This document shows positions 1-14,478 of a DNA stretch of 64,000 bases, one piece after another. The position numbers and the translations under genes were made by a program. Position 1 is the stretch's first letter; every line of letters starts with the position of its first letter. Location: contig OZ024745.1 in assembly GCA_964016885.1 (NCBI GenBank), positions 87,110,001 through 87,174,000 of the forward strand, given 5' to 3'. This DNA is from Eledone cirrhosa (taxonomy: Eukaryota). The notes below the pieces were generated by a model that saw only the letters and a program-made list of their open reading frames with translations, made no database searches and was not told the origin of the DNA.

Positions 1-1460
1 CAGAGCCGAAATCCAACCCTTGCAAGGCGGAATATACAGGGACGACGCCCTATTTGCAGTCCACAATTGCACTAATCCGGGCATTGATTTGCTAAAAAAC
101 AATTACATAGATTCTTTAAAAATAACGGTCTGTCTATCAGCATCGAGCCGAACCATAAAGTAGTAAACATCCTAGACGTCACCCTGGATCTCAACAATAA
201 CCTATATTACCCTTACCATAAACCAGGTGAAATACTCACATATATTAGCCCACACTCTAACCACCCACCGGCAGTCATCAGAGTAGTAATCAAATCTATC
301 TCGTATAGGATCTCTATGCTATCAGCAAATATTTATAAACCATGCACCATATTATAATAAGGCTCTTTCTGAATCTGGTTATTTACTACATACCTAAAAG
401 GCCATAACACAGCAATTCACCATAATAAACTTAACACTAGAACTAAAAATACCTTAGCATATAGCCAGATTCGCCGGAATTTTAGCAGTAACAGTACCTA
501 TACAGGGAATTTTAATGTGGCAGCGGCCTACTCCCTACTCCAAGTAGAAAACTAAAAATCAACTCTAGAATAGGAATGAGAAATGGGATCACAAATAACA
601 AATCCCCAGGTAATAATAACCCTAGGAAGGCCGCTACTAACCCCACTAGAACCCCTAGAAGGAATAGGCCTAGAAATATCACCTGGCTTAACCCCCCATT
701 CTCATCTAATCTACCCACTAATATCCCTAAACGCTTCTTCTCTATCCTATCTAAAATCCCCCCCCCCCAACCATAGATATTACAAACTCTTTAAAAAAAA
801 TAACATTAAAATCTCATTCTCCACGACCCCTAACCTAGCCTGCCACATCGCATTCAGTAACCATCATAAACTAAGACAGTATAACTCCCACACCGCGGTA
901 CCACCACCCCTATCAAATACACCACGCCACTACACCAATACTTACTCTAGTAGCACACCTCCCCCATCTAATCCTTCTAACACTGACCAACCGCTTAGGT
1001 TAAACTACCCTACTCACTAACCGCAGAAGCAACTGCAACTGCCGTTACCCTAATGCATGCCCACTAAATAGACACTGCTTGACACCCAACATAGTCTATA
1101 GGTACACGATTAAAACTGCTTCGAATACCAGCTCCTATATCAGGTCTACCTCCAACCCTTTTAAGGTACGCTATTACGCGCACTATTTTTCCTTCCGAGA
1201 CCCCCCTAAAAACAGATGTTCGACATCTCTAGCTAGGTTAATTAAAAACCTTAAATTAACACTCACTAACATGGGATATCTTAGCTAGGGCCCAACCATT
1301 CAATGGAGGAAGAAAATCTTGTGATCTCTGTATTACCGAAGCATATTACATAACTCTATCACGACCTCTACCGATTAACGATAGAACGGAGGTAACTATT
1401 AGCTGTCAACATCTAGGGGCTAATTCCTTCGCCAACAGAATATTTGACCCAACATAGTCA
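1..1460 (+). mobile_element. Decayed Penelope-like retroelement fragment (RT C-terminus, linker, GIY-YIG endonuclease), Naiad-like
   Basis: GGIYRDDAL at ~28-54, then LDVTLDL and HSNHPP. NITWLNPPFS and PNHRYYKLFKKNNIKISFSTTPN appear in the ORF track; CNCRYPNACPLNRHC-IVY at ~1030-1100. Many stops and frameshifts. Confidence 0.85.
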
Positions 1461-1836
1461 ACTAGCCCCATTTTTACTTGTAGCTAATATGTTAAATAGC
1501 TATAACTAACTTAGATAATAATAAGTTACCTCACCTACATTGTCTCTCAATTAAAACATTTAAAAAAATGGCACTTAACTATAAACAACCCACAATTTCT
1601 AATCGCTCGAGGAGTTACTTCCCCTAAAACCACCCTCTAATTAGTAAGGTAAATATGTCCATTGGCGGCTATCTTGTTACCCATAGGCAGATCTCACACA
1701 ATGCCGCCTCGACAGATGAATACTCCTTGAATATGGCTGACAATTGATACACCCAGGACACCATAGTGAAATACCAATATATGGAACATTACATTATGTA
1801 ACATTCTCTCCGTATTTTAATTTATATTCTTTTGAA

Positions 1837-1955
1837 GTTCCGATGAGCCGATCTGTTTTTAAATATGTTAATTATTTTCAACTGAACCAGATCAATAATG
1901 ATATATAGTCATTTGATCCAGAAATATTATATGGAGTAGCGAAACAATTGTAAAC
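1837..1955 (+). ncRNA. Hammerhead-like motif (CCGAUGA core) with branched ~90-nt stem II insert
   Basis: GUU-CCGAUGA-GC[insert]GC-GAAA-CAAUUG-UA-AAC; palindromic stem III; stem I only 3 bp. Confidence 0.55.
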
Positions 1956-1986
1956 GGACATTATTATTATTAATATTAATATTAAG

Positions 1987-2172
1987 GGGGGTTGATTGGC
2001 AGTATCAGTAGAGGGTCGGACGCCATGCTTTCCAGCATAGTCACGTCCCTTTACGATCTGAGTTCAAATCCCCCCGAGGTTGACTTTGCCTTTCATCCTT
2101 ACGGGGTCGATAAAATAAAGTACCAGTAATGCACTGGGTAATTACTGGCCTTGTACCTAAAGTAGAAACAAT
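1987..2172 (+). mobile_element. Octopus-type tRNA-derived SINE
   Basis: ttggcagtatc...gagttcaaatccc (B-box-like)...gactttgcctttcatccttacggggtcgataaaataaagtaccag...agtagaaacaatt. Confidence 0.9.
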
Positions 2173-2496
2173 TATTATTAATATTAATATTATTATTCTC
2201 TACATTCCTTACATCAAACTAAAATATGTTGACAATCTTTTAATAATGTCTTACTTGTGACATTTGTGGTCTTGTTTTGCTTAACTAATGAATATTTCCA
2301 GCTCTACGCGCCTAACGTCTGCATGAACCCAGCCACCTAGCTGCGTTCCACTGCATATTGCACATTGAGCATATCCCTTTACGCTGTGGCTTCTAACTAA
2401 TTCACCAATCTCTCCTCTCCTATCTCCTCTCCTATCTCCATCTCTCTATTTAAGATTGGTTAATCTTGAACTGTGTATATATATATATATATATAG

Positions 2497-2965
2497 TATA
2501 AAAGAGAAAACACAGGTAAGCATTAAGAGAAGGATTTTATCCAGGTATTTACGACCGTTTCATTGGTAAGTGCAACCTTATATTGCTATACTGCAAATAG
2601 CAGCCACTCAATTATAATTGTTGTTCACAGTCCAAATTTTCAAAATAGTGAGTTACTCTTGAAATAATTCTTAATATATAGATAAAAACATTTATTTGGA
2701 ATTGTATTTACTAGTATAGAGAGAGGGGAATCAGGAGGTGAGGTGACAGACGGCATAGTATAGAGAGAGAGGAAGGGGGAAGAGGTAGGAAGTAGAATGA
2801 CAAACTGAAGTGGAGGTACAGGTAGAGGTGGAAGGATTCTTTGGTCAGTTTTGATAGCAGACATCATGTCGTGGAGTGTAGTGAGTTAAAGAGAATTAAA
2901 TAGATAATAGTGGGAGGGATGGATAGAGAGGGAGAGAGAGAGGGGGGATATAAAGAGATAAATAT
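2497..2965 (-). repeat. Inverted pLTR copy at the 5' end of the Penelope-like element; partner 6810-7275 (+)
   Basis: Reverse complement of 6810-7275; near-identical spurious ORFs 2640..2867(-) and 6908..7135(+). Confidence 0.85.
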
Positions 2966-2974
2966 ATATATATA

Positions 2975-4520
2975 TTGGATAAAGCCTTAGCATTCGCTAG
3001 AGCCAATTCTGACATAACAGACGACGAGGTAAAAATCATATTAGCTGCTAGGAAAACAATAATTAAATTTGAAAACGCCTATTGGGAACGTAAGGATAGA
3101 TTAAATAACTTTGACATCACGATGGGGGCTAACCACTCGGCTCAAGTCACAGACTTAGTAGGTATTTACATAGCCCATAGTTTACAAAGCGAGTTTAGCT
3201 ACCTTCACGGTGGAATCTACAGAGACGACGCCCTTCTCCTAGTTAAGAACCTAAATAACCAGAGCATAGAAAGACTCCGTAAGAATATTAGAAAGACTCT
3301 CGGAAAACTAGACCTTAGCATAACGTATGAGTATAGCACTAAAACAGTTAACTTTTTAGATGTGACGCTTAACCTAAATACGGGACTTATAAGACCTTTT
3401 CACAAGATTAATGAAAACTTAGCATACATCAACTGTAACTCAAACCACCCACTATCAATAATTAAATCCATTCCACGCAGCATATCCCTTAGGATCTCCC
3501 ACCTCTCATCTAACCGGTAAATCTTCGAAGAACATGCAGAATACTACAATTCCGCATTAGACAAGGCAGGCCATTTAGATAGAGCAGAATATATAGATGA
3601 AAGCCTCTGTGAAGCACTCACGAACACGCATAACACAAACTCCAGAAACACACGCATACACACATTTACGCATAGAACTGCAAAGTATACGGCAAATAGA
3701 AATACAACATCGAAATCAAACAAGTCACGCAGTAGAAAATATATTTGGTATAACCCCATATTTAACACCTCTATTAGTACTAACCTACCCTCTACTTTCT
3801 TTAAAATAATAAATAGGCACTTTCCAGCTTCACATAGATAAAGCAAAATCCTTAACACTAAATCTATTAGACTATCCTACGGCACCAAATATAGAGGCAC
3901 ACATTAAGATGCTTAACGCTAAAAAGATACATAACAACACCAAAACACAAATTTACAACAATAACAATACAATTACCACCGAACACAACAGAATATCTAA
4001 TACACAAGCACCCGCTAATAGGCAAACAAAACGTCACACACTTGTTCAGGCATCGCAGCCCACAAATAATGCCAAAGTTGCCCATAACAAGAAATGTAAC
4101 TGCCACCTACCTGAAACCTGTCCATTACAAAATGAATGTATGCAGTCTAACCTGGTTTACCAATGCACAGTGGAATCAGACAACCAGAAATGGTATTACA
4201 TCGGAGCGACTGGGAATACTTTTAAAGCTCGTTGGTATACACAACGTTGCGCAATGAAACATTCCCAGCACCGTTATGTAACTACCCTTGCAAACAAGAC
4301 CTGGCAACTGAGGGAAAGTAACCATCAATACACCCTGAAGTGGAAACAATTATCAAACGCGCCCCCATATCGGAGTGGTATGAGAAGCTGTCGATTATGC
4401 GACCTTGAGCTGTTCCACATCTTAAGTTCGAAGAATAGGTAACTCAACAATAAAATTGAGAGATCAATTTATTGTAACCATAGACTCAAAGAGAAATTTT
4501 CGCACTACAAATAACCTCTT
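2975..4520 (+). mobile_element. 5'-truncated Penelope-like element (RT + GIY-YIG), pseudogenised
   Basis: FDITMGANHSAQVTDLVG, GGIYRDDALL, FLDVTLNL, SNHP; CNCHLPETCPLQNEC-LVYQC-YYIG-FKARW-H; CRLC. In-frame stops. Confidence 0.92.
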
Positions 4521-4767
4521 ACTACCAACTGACAAACTGCATATACTTAGACTTTATACCCTCTTATATCTAGACCCTTTAATTACCCACAAAACCAATA
4601 CATATATCCCCCCTTCTCCTTCATTCCTCTTCTATTTCTTCGTTTTCTTCCTTCCTTCCCCCTTCTTGGGTATCTTTTCTTTTCTTCCTTCTCACCCCCT
4701 TCTTTGCTTTTATTTTTGTCATTATTATCTTTATTTTTATTTTGTATATATATATATATATATATAT

Positions 4768-5295
4768 ATTGTTATACTTTGGGAGGGTCATGTTGCCAAT
4801 AAGAAACACACGCACCAGTTGCTTTCACTTCAATTTATTATAATAAATTTATAATAAATTTATAAATTTATAAATTTCTGGTTGGTTGGTTGGTTCCACA
4901 ACCAGATAGTTGTTTATATATTGTCATAGTTCTTTCGTCACACACTCTGTGACCTCTTCTGTGACTGGGGATTCCTTTCTTTGTTTCTGTGCCTCTCCTT
5001 TGTTCTGTCCTACGCCATTGTGTTTCTGTGTGTCAGAAACAAAATGGCGTAGGACAGAACAAAGGAGAGGCACAGAAACAAAGAGAGGAATCCCCAGTCA
5101 CTGAAGAGGTCACATAGTGTGTGACGAAAGAACTATGACAATATATAAACAACTATCTGGTCGTGGAACCAACCAACCACCAGAAATTCATAAATTTATA
5201 AATTTATTATAAATTTATTATATTAAATTGAAGTGAAAGCAACTGGTGCGTGTGTCTCTTATTGGCAACATGACCCTCCCAAAGTATAACAATAT
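4768..5295. repeat. Foldback (palindromic) non-coding element with divergent hammerheads
   Basis: 4768-5035 is the reverse complement of ~5030-5295 (ttgttatactttgggagggtcat / atgaccctcccaaagtataacaa); flanked by (TA)n. Confidence 0.9.
5097..5139 (+). ncRNA. Minimal type I hammerhead; mirror copy 4923-4965 (-) has a CAGAAGA core
   Basis: GUCA-CUGAAGA-G-GUCACA(UAGUG)UGUGAC-GAAA-GAAC-UA-UGAC. Confidence 0.75.
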
Positions 5296-5349
5296 CGGTT
5301 TCGACACACGATTTTAGATAAAGAATCTTGCTAAACAAATTCAGAAACG

Positions 5350-5383
<34 letters not shown>

Positions 5384-5406
5384 GTGTATGTGTGTGTGTA
5401 TCTATA

Positions 5407-5469
<63 letters not shown>

Positions 5470-5473
<4 letters not shown>

Positions 5474-6018
5474 AGTGTAATTTTCTACACAAAACGAAGG
5501 TTATAGAGAAAATTGAGGTTGGTAATGGCACATGGAATATATAAGAGACAGAATACTTTTTGTGAAAAAACATAATTTTATAAGGTAAGGATATAAAGGG
5601 TATAAAACATGACCGGTTTCGATGGGTCTGCAAAAGCCATCTTTTCAAATGTTGATTAATATTAAGAAAAATTAATAATACGAAGAGTTAAAATTTGAGA
5701 TTTGAAAATTCAAGTATAAAATTCATTGTGGGATTTCATAGTAGTTTTCATCTTGGTAGCAGCAAGTTGACTGCTGTGTGCCTTTCTGGTAGTGAATGAG
5801 AAGTTATTTGGGGGTGTGGGTTATTTTATAAAGGTCAGATTTAGCAATGGCCAGCTGGCCAGCTGCTGGTCAGTGAGGGGTGGAAGCAAAATACATACAT
5901 ATATCTTCCTGTGGTCGGTAGGAGAGGGGGGCGTGATAGAAAGGGATTTAGTGCACTTACACCTATATATACACACATACCTTCATCCACACATGCATAC
6001 ATATACATATACATACAC

Positions 6019-6069
<51 letters not shown>

Positions 6070-6230
6070 CACACATACAAACACACACACATACGTATAA
6101 ATACACACATACACACACACACACATATATACACACATACACACACATATATATATACACACACACACATATATATACATACACATACATCCAGATACAC
6201 ACATACATACACACACACACATATATATAT

Positions 6231-6272
<42 letters not shown>

Positions 6273-6790
6273 CCACACATACATACACACACACACATAT
6301 ATATACATACACACATACAAACACACACACACACACACATATGAACACATACACACACATATATATACACACACACACACATATATATATATACACATAC
6401 GCATACATCCAGATACACACATACATACACACACACATGGCCATTGCTAAATCTGACCTTTATAAAATAACCCACACCCCCAAATAACTTCTCATTCACT
6501 ACCAGAAAGGCACACAGCAGTCAACTTGTTGCTACCAAGATGAAAACTACTATGAAATCCCACAATGAATTTTATACTTGAATTTTCAAATCTCAAATTT
6601 TAACTCTTCGTATTATTAATTTTTCTTAATATTAATCAACATTTGAAAAGATGGCTTTTGCAGACCCATCGAAACCGATCATTTTTTTATACCCTTTATT
6701 ATTTCCTTATCTTATAAAATTATATGTTTTTCCACAAAAAAGTATTCTGTCTCTTATATATTCCATGTGCCATTACCAACCTCAATTTTC
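5470..6790. mobile_element. Non-autonomous hammerhead element with inverted arms (5505-5848 / 6438-6790) around a (CA/TA) microsatellite body; related copy 41821-43275
   Basis: Arms are reverse complements; 5470-6440 is the reverse complement of ~42200-43275. Confidence 0.85.
5606..5653 (-). ncRNA. Type I hammerhead with U3-A8 core; copies 6638-6685 (+) and 43106-43153 (+)
   Basis: AACAU-UUGAAAA-GAUGG(11 nt)CCAUC-GAAA-CCGG-UC-AUGUU. Confidence 0.75.
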
Positions 6791-7125
6791 TATATATATA
6801 TATATATATATTTATCTCTTTATATCTCCCCCCTCTCTCTCTCCCTCTTTATCCATCCCTCCCACTAATATCTATTTAATTCTCTTTAACTCACTACACT
6901 CCACGACATGATGTCTGCTATCAAAACTGACCAAAGAATCCTTCCACCTCTACCCGTACCTCCATCTCAGTTTGTCATTCTACTTCCTACCTCTTCCCCT
7001 TTCCTCTCTCTCTATACTATGCCGTCTGTCACCTCACCTCCTGATTCCTCTCTCTCTATACTAGTAAATACAATTCCAAATAAATGTTTTTCTCTATATA
7101 TTAAGAATTATTTCAAGAGTAACTC

Positions 7126-7220
7126 ACTATTTTGAAAATTTGGACTGTGAACAACAATTATAATTGAGTGGCTGCTATTTGCAATATAAGGTTGCACTTA
7201 CCAATGAAACGGTCGTAAGT
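7126..7220 (+). ncRNA. Hammerhead-like motif, UUGAAAA core with long stem II insert; mirror 2547-2649 (-)
   Basis: UUGAAAA-U-UUGG[insert]CCAA-U-GAAA-CGG-UC-GUAAGU; stem I weak. Confidence 0.5.
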
Positions 7221-7399
7221 ACCTGGATTAAATCCTTCTCTTAATGCTTACCTGTGTTTTCTCTTTTATACTTTATACTCCAAGATTGAACGGAATTCTT
7301 ACAAACTTGTGGAGTTACCCCTAACCGTACGTTGAAACCATCCATGAAACTGGCTTTCTTAACCAAAAACTGGATCACAATAAGCAATTTTTTGCTTCT

Positions 7400-7474
<75 letters not shown>

Positions 7475-7675
7475 TATATATATATATATTATATTATATA
7501 TATATATATTATATAATATATATTATATATATAATATATATATATTATATATATATATTATATTATAAATATATATATTATATATATATATATTATATTA
7601 TATATATATATATCTTCCTTCGGTTGCAACGTTATTTGAAATCTTTACTTCTGCGTTCACAGATTGACTTTATTT

Positions 7676-7726
7676 AGTTTCAGAAGATCCCGTTAAGGGT
7701 GAAAGCAGCGATTATTTGCTAAAATT
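7676..7726 (+). ncRNA. Hammerhead-like motif (CAGAAGA core) in a pLTR fragment; copies 27833-27883 (-), 28020-28070 (+), ~40330-40378 (+), 3' half at 44150-44188
   Basis: AGUUU-CAGAAGA-U-CCC(GUUAA)GGG-U-GAAA-GCA(9 nt)UGC-UA-AAAUU. Confidence 0.6.
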
Positions 7727-7876
7727 TTAATGTGTTATTTTAATAAATATATATATATTATATATATATATATTGTATTACATATATATATATATATACA
7801 TTATATTATATATATATATATATAACATATATATATATATATTATATTATATATATATATATATTATATATATATT

Positions 7877-8011
<135 letters not shown>

Positions 8012-9258
8012 ATATATATATAATACAATAACAGAGATAGCTTAAAGCTAACCTACGACTGGTAACCATCTCACTCAACAAACATTAGGTTACATGTTAG
8101 TATAAACCCAATTTAAGTGTTTGGGGTGCTAACTATATGTATTTTGTGGAAAGCCAGTTGTATTATTTTATGAGATATAATTAAAGTTAAAATATATCTC
8201 TCTTCCAAACAATTGTTTCATTATAAGTTTTCTACAAATTGGGAGAATGTTTCCAGTTTATGTTAGAAGCCTAACATATATTCATGTAAGAATATATTTA
8301 GGTGGGCACTTATAAATCTTCAGTGGAAGCCCATTAAACTTTGATATAAGAAAAAATTCTTACCGCAGTTAAAAATCGTGTCTGCTAAGCATCGAATGAC
8401 CGCCAAATTTGAAATTCCAGCAGTCTTTGACTGAGGAAGTATCATAGCGTCACTAAGCGGGAAAGGGAGACAACCACGATTCACGAGAAAAGCAAATAAT
8501 AAATACGTGGGATAATTATTTTTTTCAAAAACATTATCAATTCAACGTGTTAAGAACTCAATTGAAATTAAAAAAATAAATGTATGCGTGTATTAATTAG
8601 ACACGCATATAGATTTTTCTTAAGCTAAAAACAGAACTGATACCTAAATAACGTGCCGCATCTCATAACCGCAGTAAATACGGAAAGTTACGCTTTAAAA
8701 GGCGATTGGGAATGTAAATCTCTGGCCAAATTAAGAGTAAAATATTTAATACACGCGGGTTAATTAGTTATTTCAAAACTAATATCAATTCCACGTGTTA
8801 ATAACTCAATTAATAAAAAAAATAAATCTATGCATGTAATTATATACACATGCATATATATATTTTCTTAGGCTAAAAACTAGAGGTGACAACCATATTG
8901 TATATATATATATAATATTATATATATATATATATGTATATTATATATAATATATAGATATATATATTATATAATATATAATATATTATATATAATATAT
9001 ATATATATATATACATATATATTATATATAATATATATGTATATATTATATTATATACATAATATATATATATATATATATATATATAATAATATATATA
9101 TATGTATATTATATTATGTATATAATATATATATATTATATTATATATATAATATATATATATGTATATTATATTATGTATATAATATATATATATTATA
9201 TTATATATATAATATATATATATATATTATATATATATATATGTATATTATATTATGA

Positions 9259-9338
<80 letters not shown>

Positions 9339-9407
9339 TGTATATATAATATATATATATATGTAAGAATATTTTCGAAACAGCGAGTTGATTTGAAATT
9401 ATTAGAA

Positions 9408-9613
9408 ATGTTAGCTATCGCCGTATTTTGATGAAAGCAATTAAAGAAATTATTTAGTCTGATAGTGGCGTTAAGAACCATCGGAGAAATGGATACAGAT
9501 GAGTATTGACGTACATACTCATCTTTTTCCATTTCTTCGAGGGTTCTTAACCCCACTATCAGGCTAAATAATTTCTTTAATTGCTTTAGTCAAAATACGG
9601 CGAAAGCTAACAT
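9408..9613. repeat. ~205-bp imperfect palindrome inside a TA tract
   Basis: atgttagctatcgccgtattttg... mirrored by ...caaaatacggcgaaagctaacat; centre ~9508. Confidence 0.85.
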
Positions 9614-9701
9614 ATATATATATATATATATTTATAGCATAATATAATATACATATATATATATATTATATATATATATATATAATATAATATATATACA
9701 T

Positions 9702-9887
9702 GGTGTGGATTGGCAGTATCGGTAGAGGGTCGGACGCCATGCTTTCTAGCATAGTTACGTCCCTTTACAGTCTGAGTTCAAATCCCGCCGAGTTTAACTT
9801 TGCCTTTCATCCTTACGGGGTCGATAAAATAAAGTACCAGTAATGTACTGGGTAATTGCTGGCCTTGTGCCTAAAGTAGAAACAATT
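9702..9887 (+). mobile_element. Octopus-type SINE
   Basis: Same consensus as 1987-2172. Confidence 0.9.
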
Positions 9888-10366
9888 ATACACATAATAT
9901 ATATATATATATATAATATTATATAATACATATATGTATATATATAATAAAATATATATATATATAATATAATATATATATATATATATATAATATATAT
10001 ATATAAATATAATATAATATGTATATATATATAATAAAATATTTATATATAATATAATATATATATATATATAATATTATATTATATTATATATATATAT
10101 AATATTATATTATATATATATATATAATGTTATATATATATATATATAATATAATCTTTATATATAATAAAATATATAATATATATATATATACATATAA
10201 TATAATATATCTATATATATAATATAATATATATTTATATGTAATATAATATATATATCTATATATATATATATATAATATAATATATATAATATATATA
10301 TATATATATAATATATATATATATTATAATATATATATATATTTATATATAATATATATAATATAA

Positions 10367-10707
10367 TCTATATATATAATTCCCGTTCTGTGTGTGTGTG
10401 TAAAAGAGTTTCACCTGGAAAATATTCCATCGATCTCTGTCAAATTAAACACATAGCCAAAATAGGCTACGGTTTGTAACATCAAGAAAACATTATTTCA
10501 TAATGATTAATTTCGAAGTCACAAACTTCGATTTTATATTCTTATAGACTTGTGCACTAACAAATTCCATGACGGCCATAAAGAGAGAGAGCGTTCCTTT
10601 TACACACTTCTTAACTCTCCCCCTTCCACAACACGACGTTATGGGATTGTATGTGTATGTGCGTGTGTATATGTGTGTGTATGTGTTTGTGTGTGTATGT
10701 GTGCGTG

Positions 10708-10741
<34 letters not shown>

Positions 10742-11255
10742 TTCCATAACGGCCAGAGAGAGAAAGATGTGTGAGAGGGAGATAGAAAGAGAGGAGTGAG
10801 AGAGAGAGAGTAAAATAAAGAAAGAGAGGAGTGTGTGTGACGCGAATATGATAAATACAGCGTTTATAATTTTAACTTATTTATTACACTTCTTAACTCT
10901 CCCCCTTCCACAACGTCACGTCTTGGGATTGTGTGCGTATGTGTGTGTGTGTATGTGTGTGTGTTTGTGTGTATGTGTGTGTATGTTTGTGTGTGTATGT
11001 GTTTGTGTGTGTGTACATGATGGATGTTTTAAAATACACATTGTTCAACCCACACGGCTAACGATACATTTCTCTATGTTCACATCTTAATGACACATAT
11101 CTGTAAATAAAACTTGCTCTTTTTGAATACCGTCTCATTTCTTTTTATTGAAAGAGTTGATCAGGTAAAATTATCCTCCAAGTTAAACATACACCACGGA
11201 AATTGACCATTAACATAAGAACTGAAACCGTCCAATGGACGGGGTCATTTGCTAG
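10367..11255 (+). mobile_element. Non-autonomous Helitron
   Basis: 5' A|TCTATATATATAA; 3' hairpin CCGTCCA-A-TGGACGG followed by CTAG|T; internal (GT)n and a partial duplication. Confidence 0.75.
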
Positions 11256-11363
11256 TATATATATATAATATAATATATATATATAATATAATATATATAT
11301 ATAATATAATATATATTTATATATAATGTAATATATATATATATAATATAATATATATATATA

Positions 11364-11494
<131 letters not shown>

Positions 11495-11657
11495 CCAAAA
11501 CAAGGAAGATTGATCATATTATAAGGTATCTATTTTTGAAGTTCTGGTCAACTTTATTTAGTTACCTACCTAGCTATGTGTGGTTACACATCTGTAAAAA
11601 TTATCCTGTGATTATTCATGTTTATTTATATGTTAATCAATCTCTAGTTATATATAT

Positions 11658-11905
<248 letters not shown>

Positions 11906-12800
11906 TAAACAAATAATGAATAAAACAATGAAACAGTTCCTTATATTAAACAAAAAAAGTTCATTATTTAACGATCGTTTCTAGGATATATATGTGTTAG
12001 AATTGGCATGCATATTCAACAGATCTATGTACAAAATTATACAAAATTATACAAACTATCAAGATTAAATATACATACCAAACACACATATACGCCGTCT
12101 TCAGAAATAATGAAATATATTTATTGATAATAACAACAATTCAAAATTTCAGGTCCGTTTGGGAACAAAATTGACCAATGAAAATACAAAAGGTTTTATG
12201 CAGTTTGGCGTGTGTATATACATGTAACTACCCCGTACACATATTTATACAAAGATGTATGCTCAACATGCATACGCATGCCAAAAAGATGCATGCAAAT
12301 ACAAAATTTCAAGGTTAATGTCTCTGTAAGTTTATAATGCACAGATAAGATGCGTATAGACACATAAATATGAAATAAGTGTATACACATATTCTCATAC
12401 TCACACATATCCGTACACTCACACACACGCGCGCGTATATGCATAAACATACACATAATTACGAACATACATACACACACACACCCCCACACACATATAT
12501 ATATGTGGATATAATATTATCATAAGCACATGGATATTAATTCACTCACATAAACACTGCCACACACATTTAGATCAAGATACAGAAATTAGGTGGGAGG
12601 GGATACCTATATATACACACAAATACATACAGACATACAATACATACATACACACAAATACTTACGCATCCATATATCGGTATATACATACAAACACCAC
12701 TAACACTCTCACACAACTCAGACATACAAAGAAAAAGGTATTACCTATACACATATACACATACAAATAGAGTATACATATACATACATATATATATATA

Positions 12801-12831
<31 letters not shown>

Positions 12832-13176
12832 ACACATATACACACATATATATACATACACATACATACATGTACTCACACACATACATATACATACATA
12901 CACACATACATACATACATATATAGTCATACACACACATATCACCTACACGAACATACACATACACATATATAAAGATATATATACACACACACACATAC
13001 ACATACACACATATATATAAATAAAGATATATAAATATATATATATATATATAGATATATATATATATATATATATATATAGATATATATATATATAATA
13101 TATATATAAATATATATATATACATTACAACATATGTCTATGTATGATGTATGTATATATATATATATATATATAA

Positions 13177-13220
<44 letters not shown>

Positions 13221-13264
13221 CACATATATGTCGAAGGTATAGGTGTATGTATGATATATATAAT

Positions 13265-13313
<49 letters not shown>

Positions 13314-13341
13314 CATACACATATACATAGACACATATTTA

Positions 13342-13388
<47 letters not shown>

Positions 13389-14058
13389 TATAAATATATA
13401 TATATACATACACATATATTCTATGTATATGTTATTATATATAATATATATATATAATATATTATATATATTTAAATATAATATAATATATATATATATA
13501 TACATACACATATACATAGACATATATGTACATACTACACATACATACATACATATACACACATACATATATATATACACACATAGACACATACATACAT
13601 ACACACACAACATACATACACACACATATATACTCATACATAGACATAGATATATATTCATACATATATACGCACTTACATATACTCATATATACAAATA
13701 CATACGCATCCATATATGCGTATATACATACAAACACCACTACACTCTCACACAACTCAGACATACAAAGAAAAAGGTATATACATATACATATATACAC
13801 ACATTAATAGAGATACATATACACATATATATATATATATACACATACATTTATATATATACACCCACACACACATACAACCATAAACACACATACAAAC
13901 ACACACATACACACATATATACATACATATATATACACACACACAAAAAAAACCCACATACACATATATATTTTTTTACACATATATATACATATATATA
14001 CATATACACACCCTCACATATACACACATACACATAAGTTATATTATAATAATAAATA

Positions 14059-14089
<31 letters not shown>

Positions 14090-14122
14090 CGAATATAGAC
14101 ATATATACACACATAGATATAC

Positions 14123-14160
<38 letters not shown>

Positions 14161-14343
14161 TCACATATATATGTGCGCACACGTACATATATACACATAC
14201 ACACATATACACAAAAACATATACATGTGCATACATGTACAAACACACAATATAGCCACATAGATACGAAGATAGACATATATATAGAGAGACATACATA
14301 TATATACACACATATATATACACATACATACACACACATATAA

Positions 14344-14376
<33 letters not shown>

Positions 14377-14443
14377 TACACGCCCACACACATATACACA
14401 TATACACATATAAACATATATACATATACACATATATATACAC

Positions 14444-14478
<35 letters not shown>

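Larger units (their letters stand above)
1680..2470 (+). repeat. Interspersed repeat (pLTR-like, hammerhead-bearing), second copy at 35805-36400
   Basis: Near-identical sequence ccataggcagatctcacac...taagattgg at both loci; this copy is interrupted by a SINE. Confidence 0.8.

Noticed and set aside
1987-2075. tRNA gene suggested by GAGTTCAAATCCC
   Set aside because: It is the tRNA-derived head of a multi-copy SINE; no complete cloverleaf.
8040-8890. Possible upstream peroxidase exon in a unique-looking island
   Set aside because: No DGxCNN/WG/RLL-type motif or credible spliced frame was found; it contains only a short diverged internal duplication.
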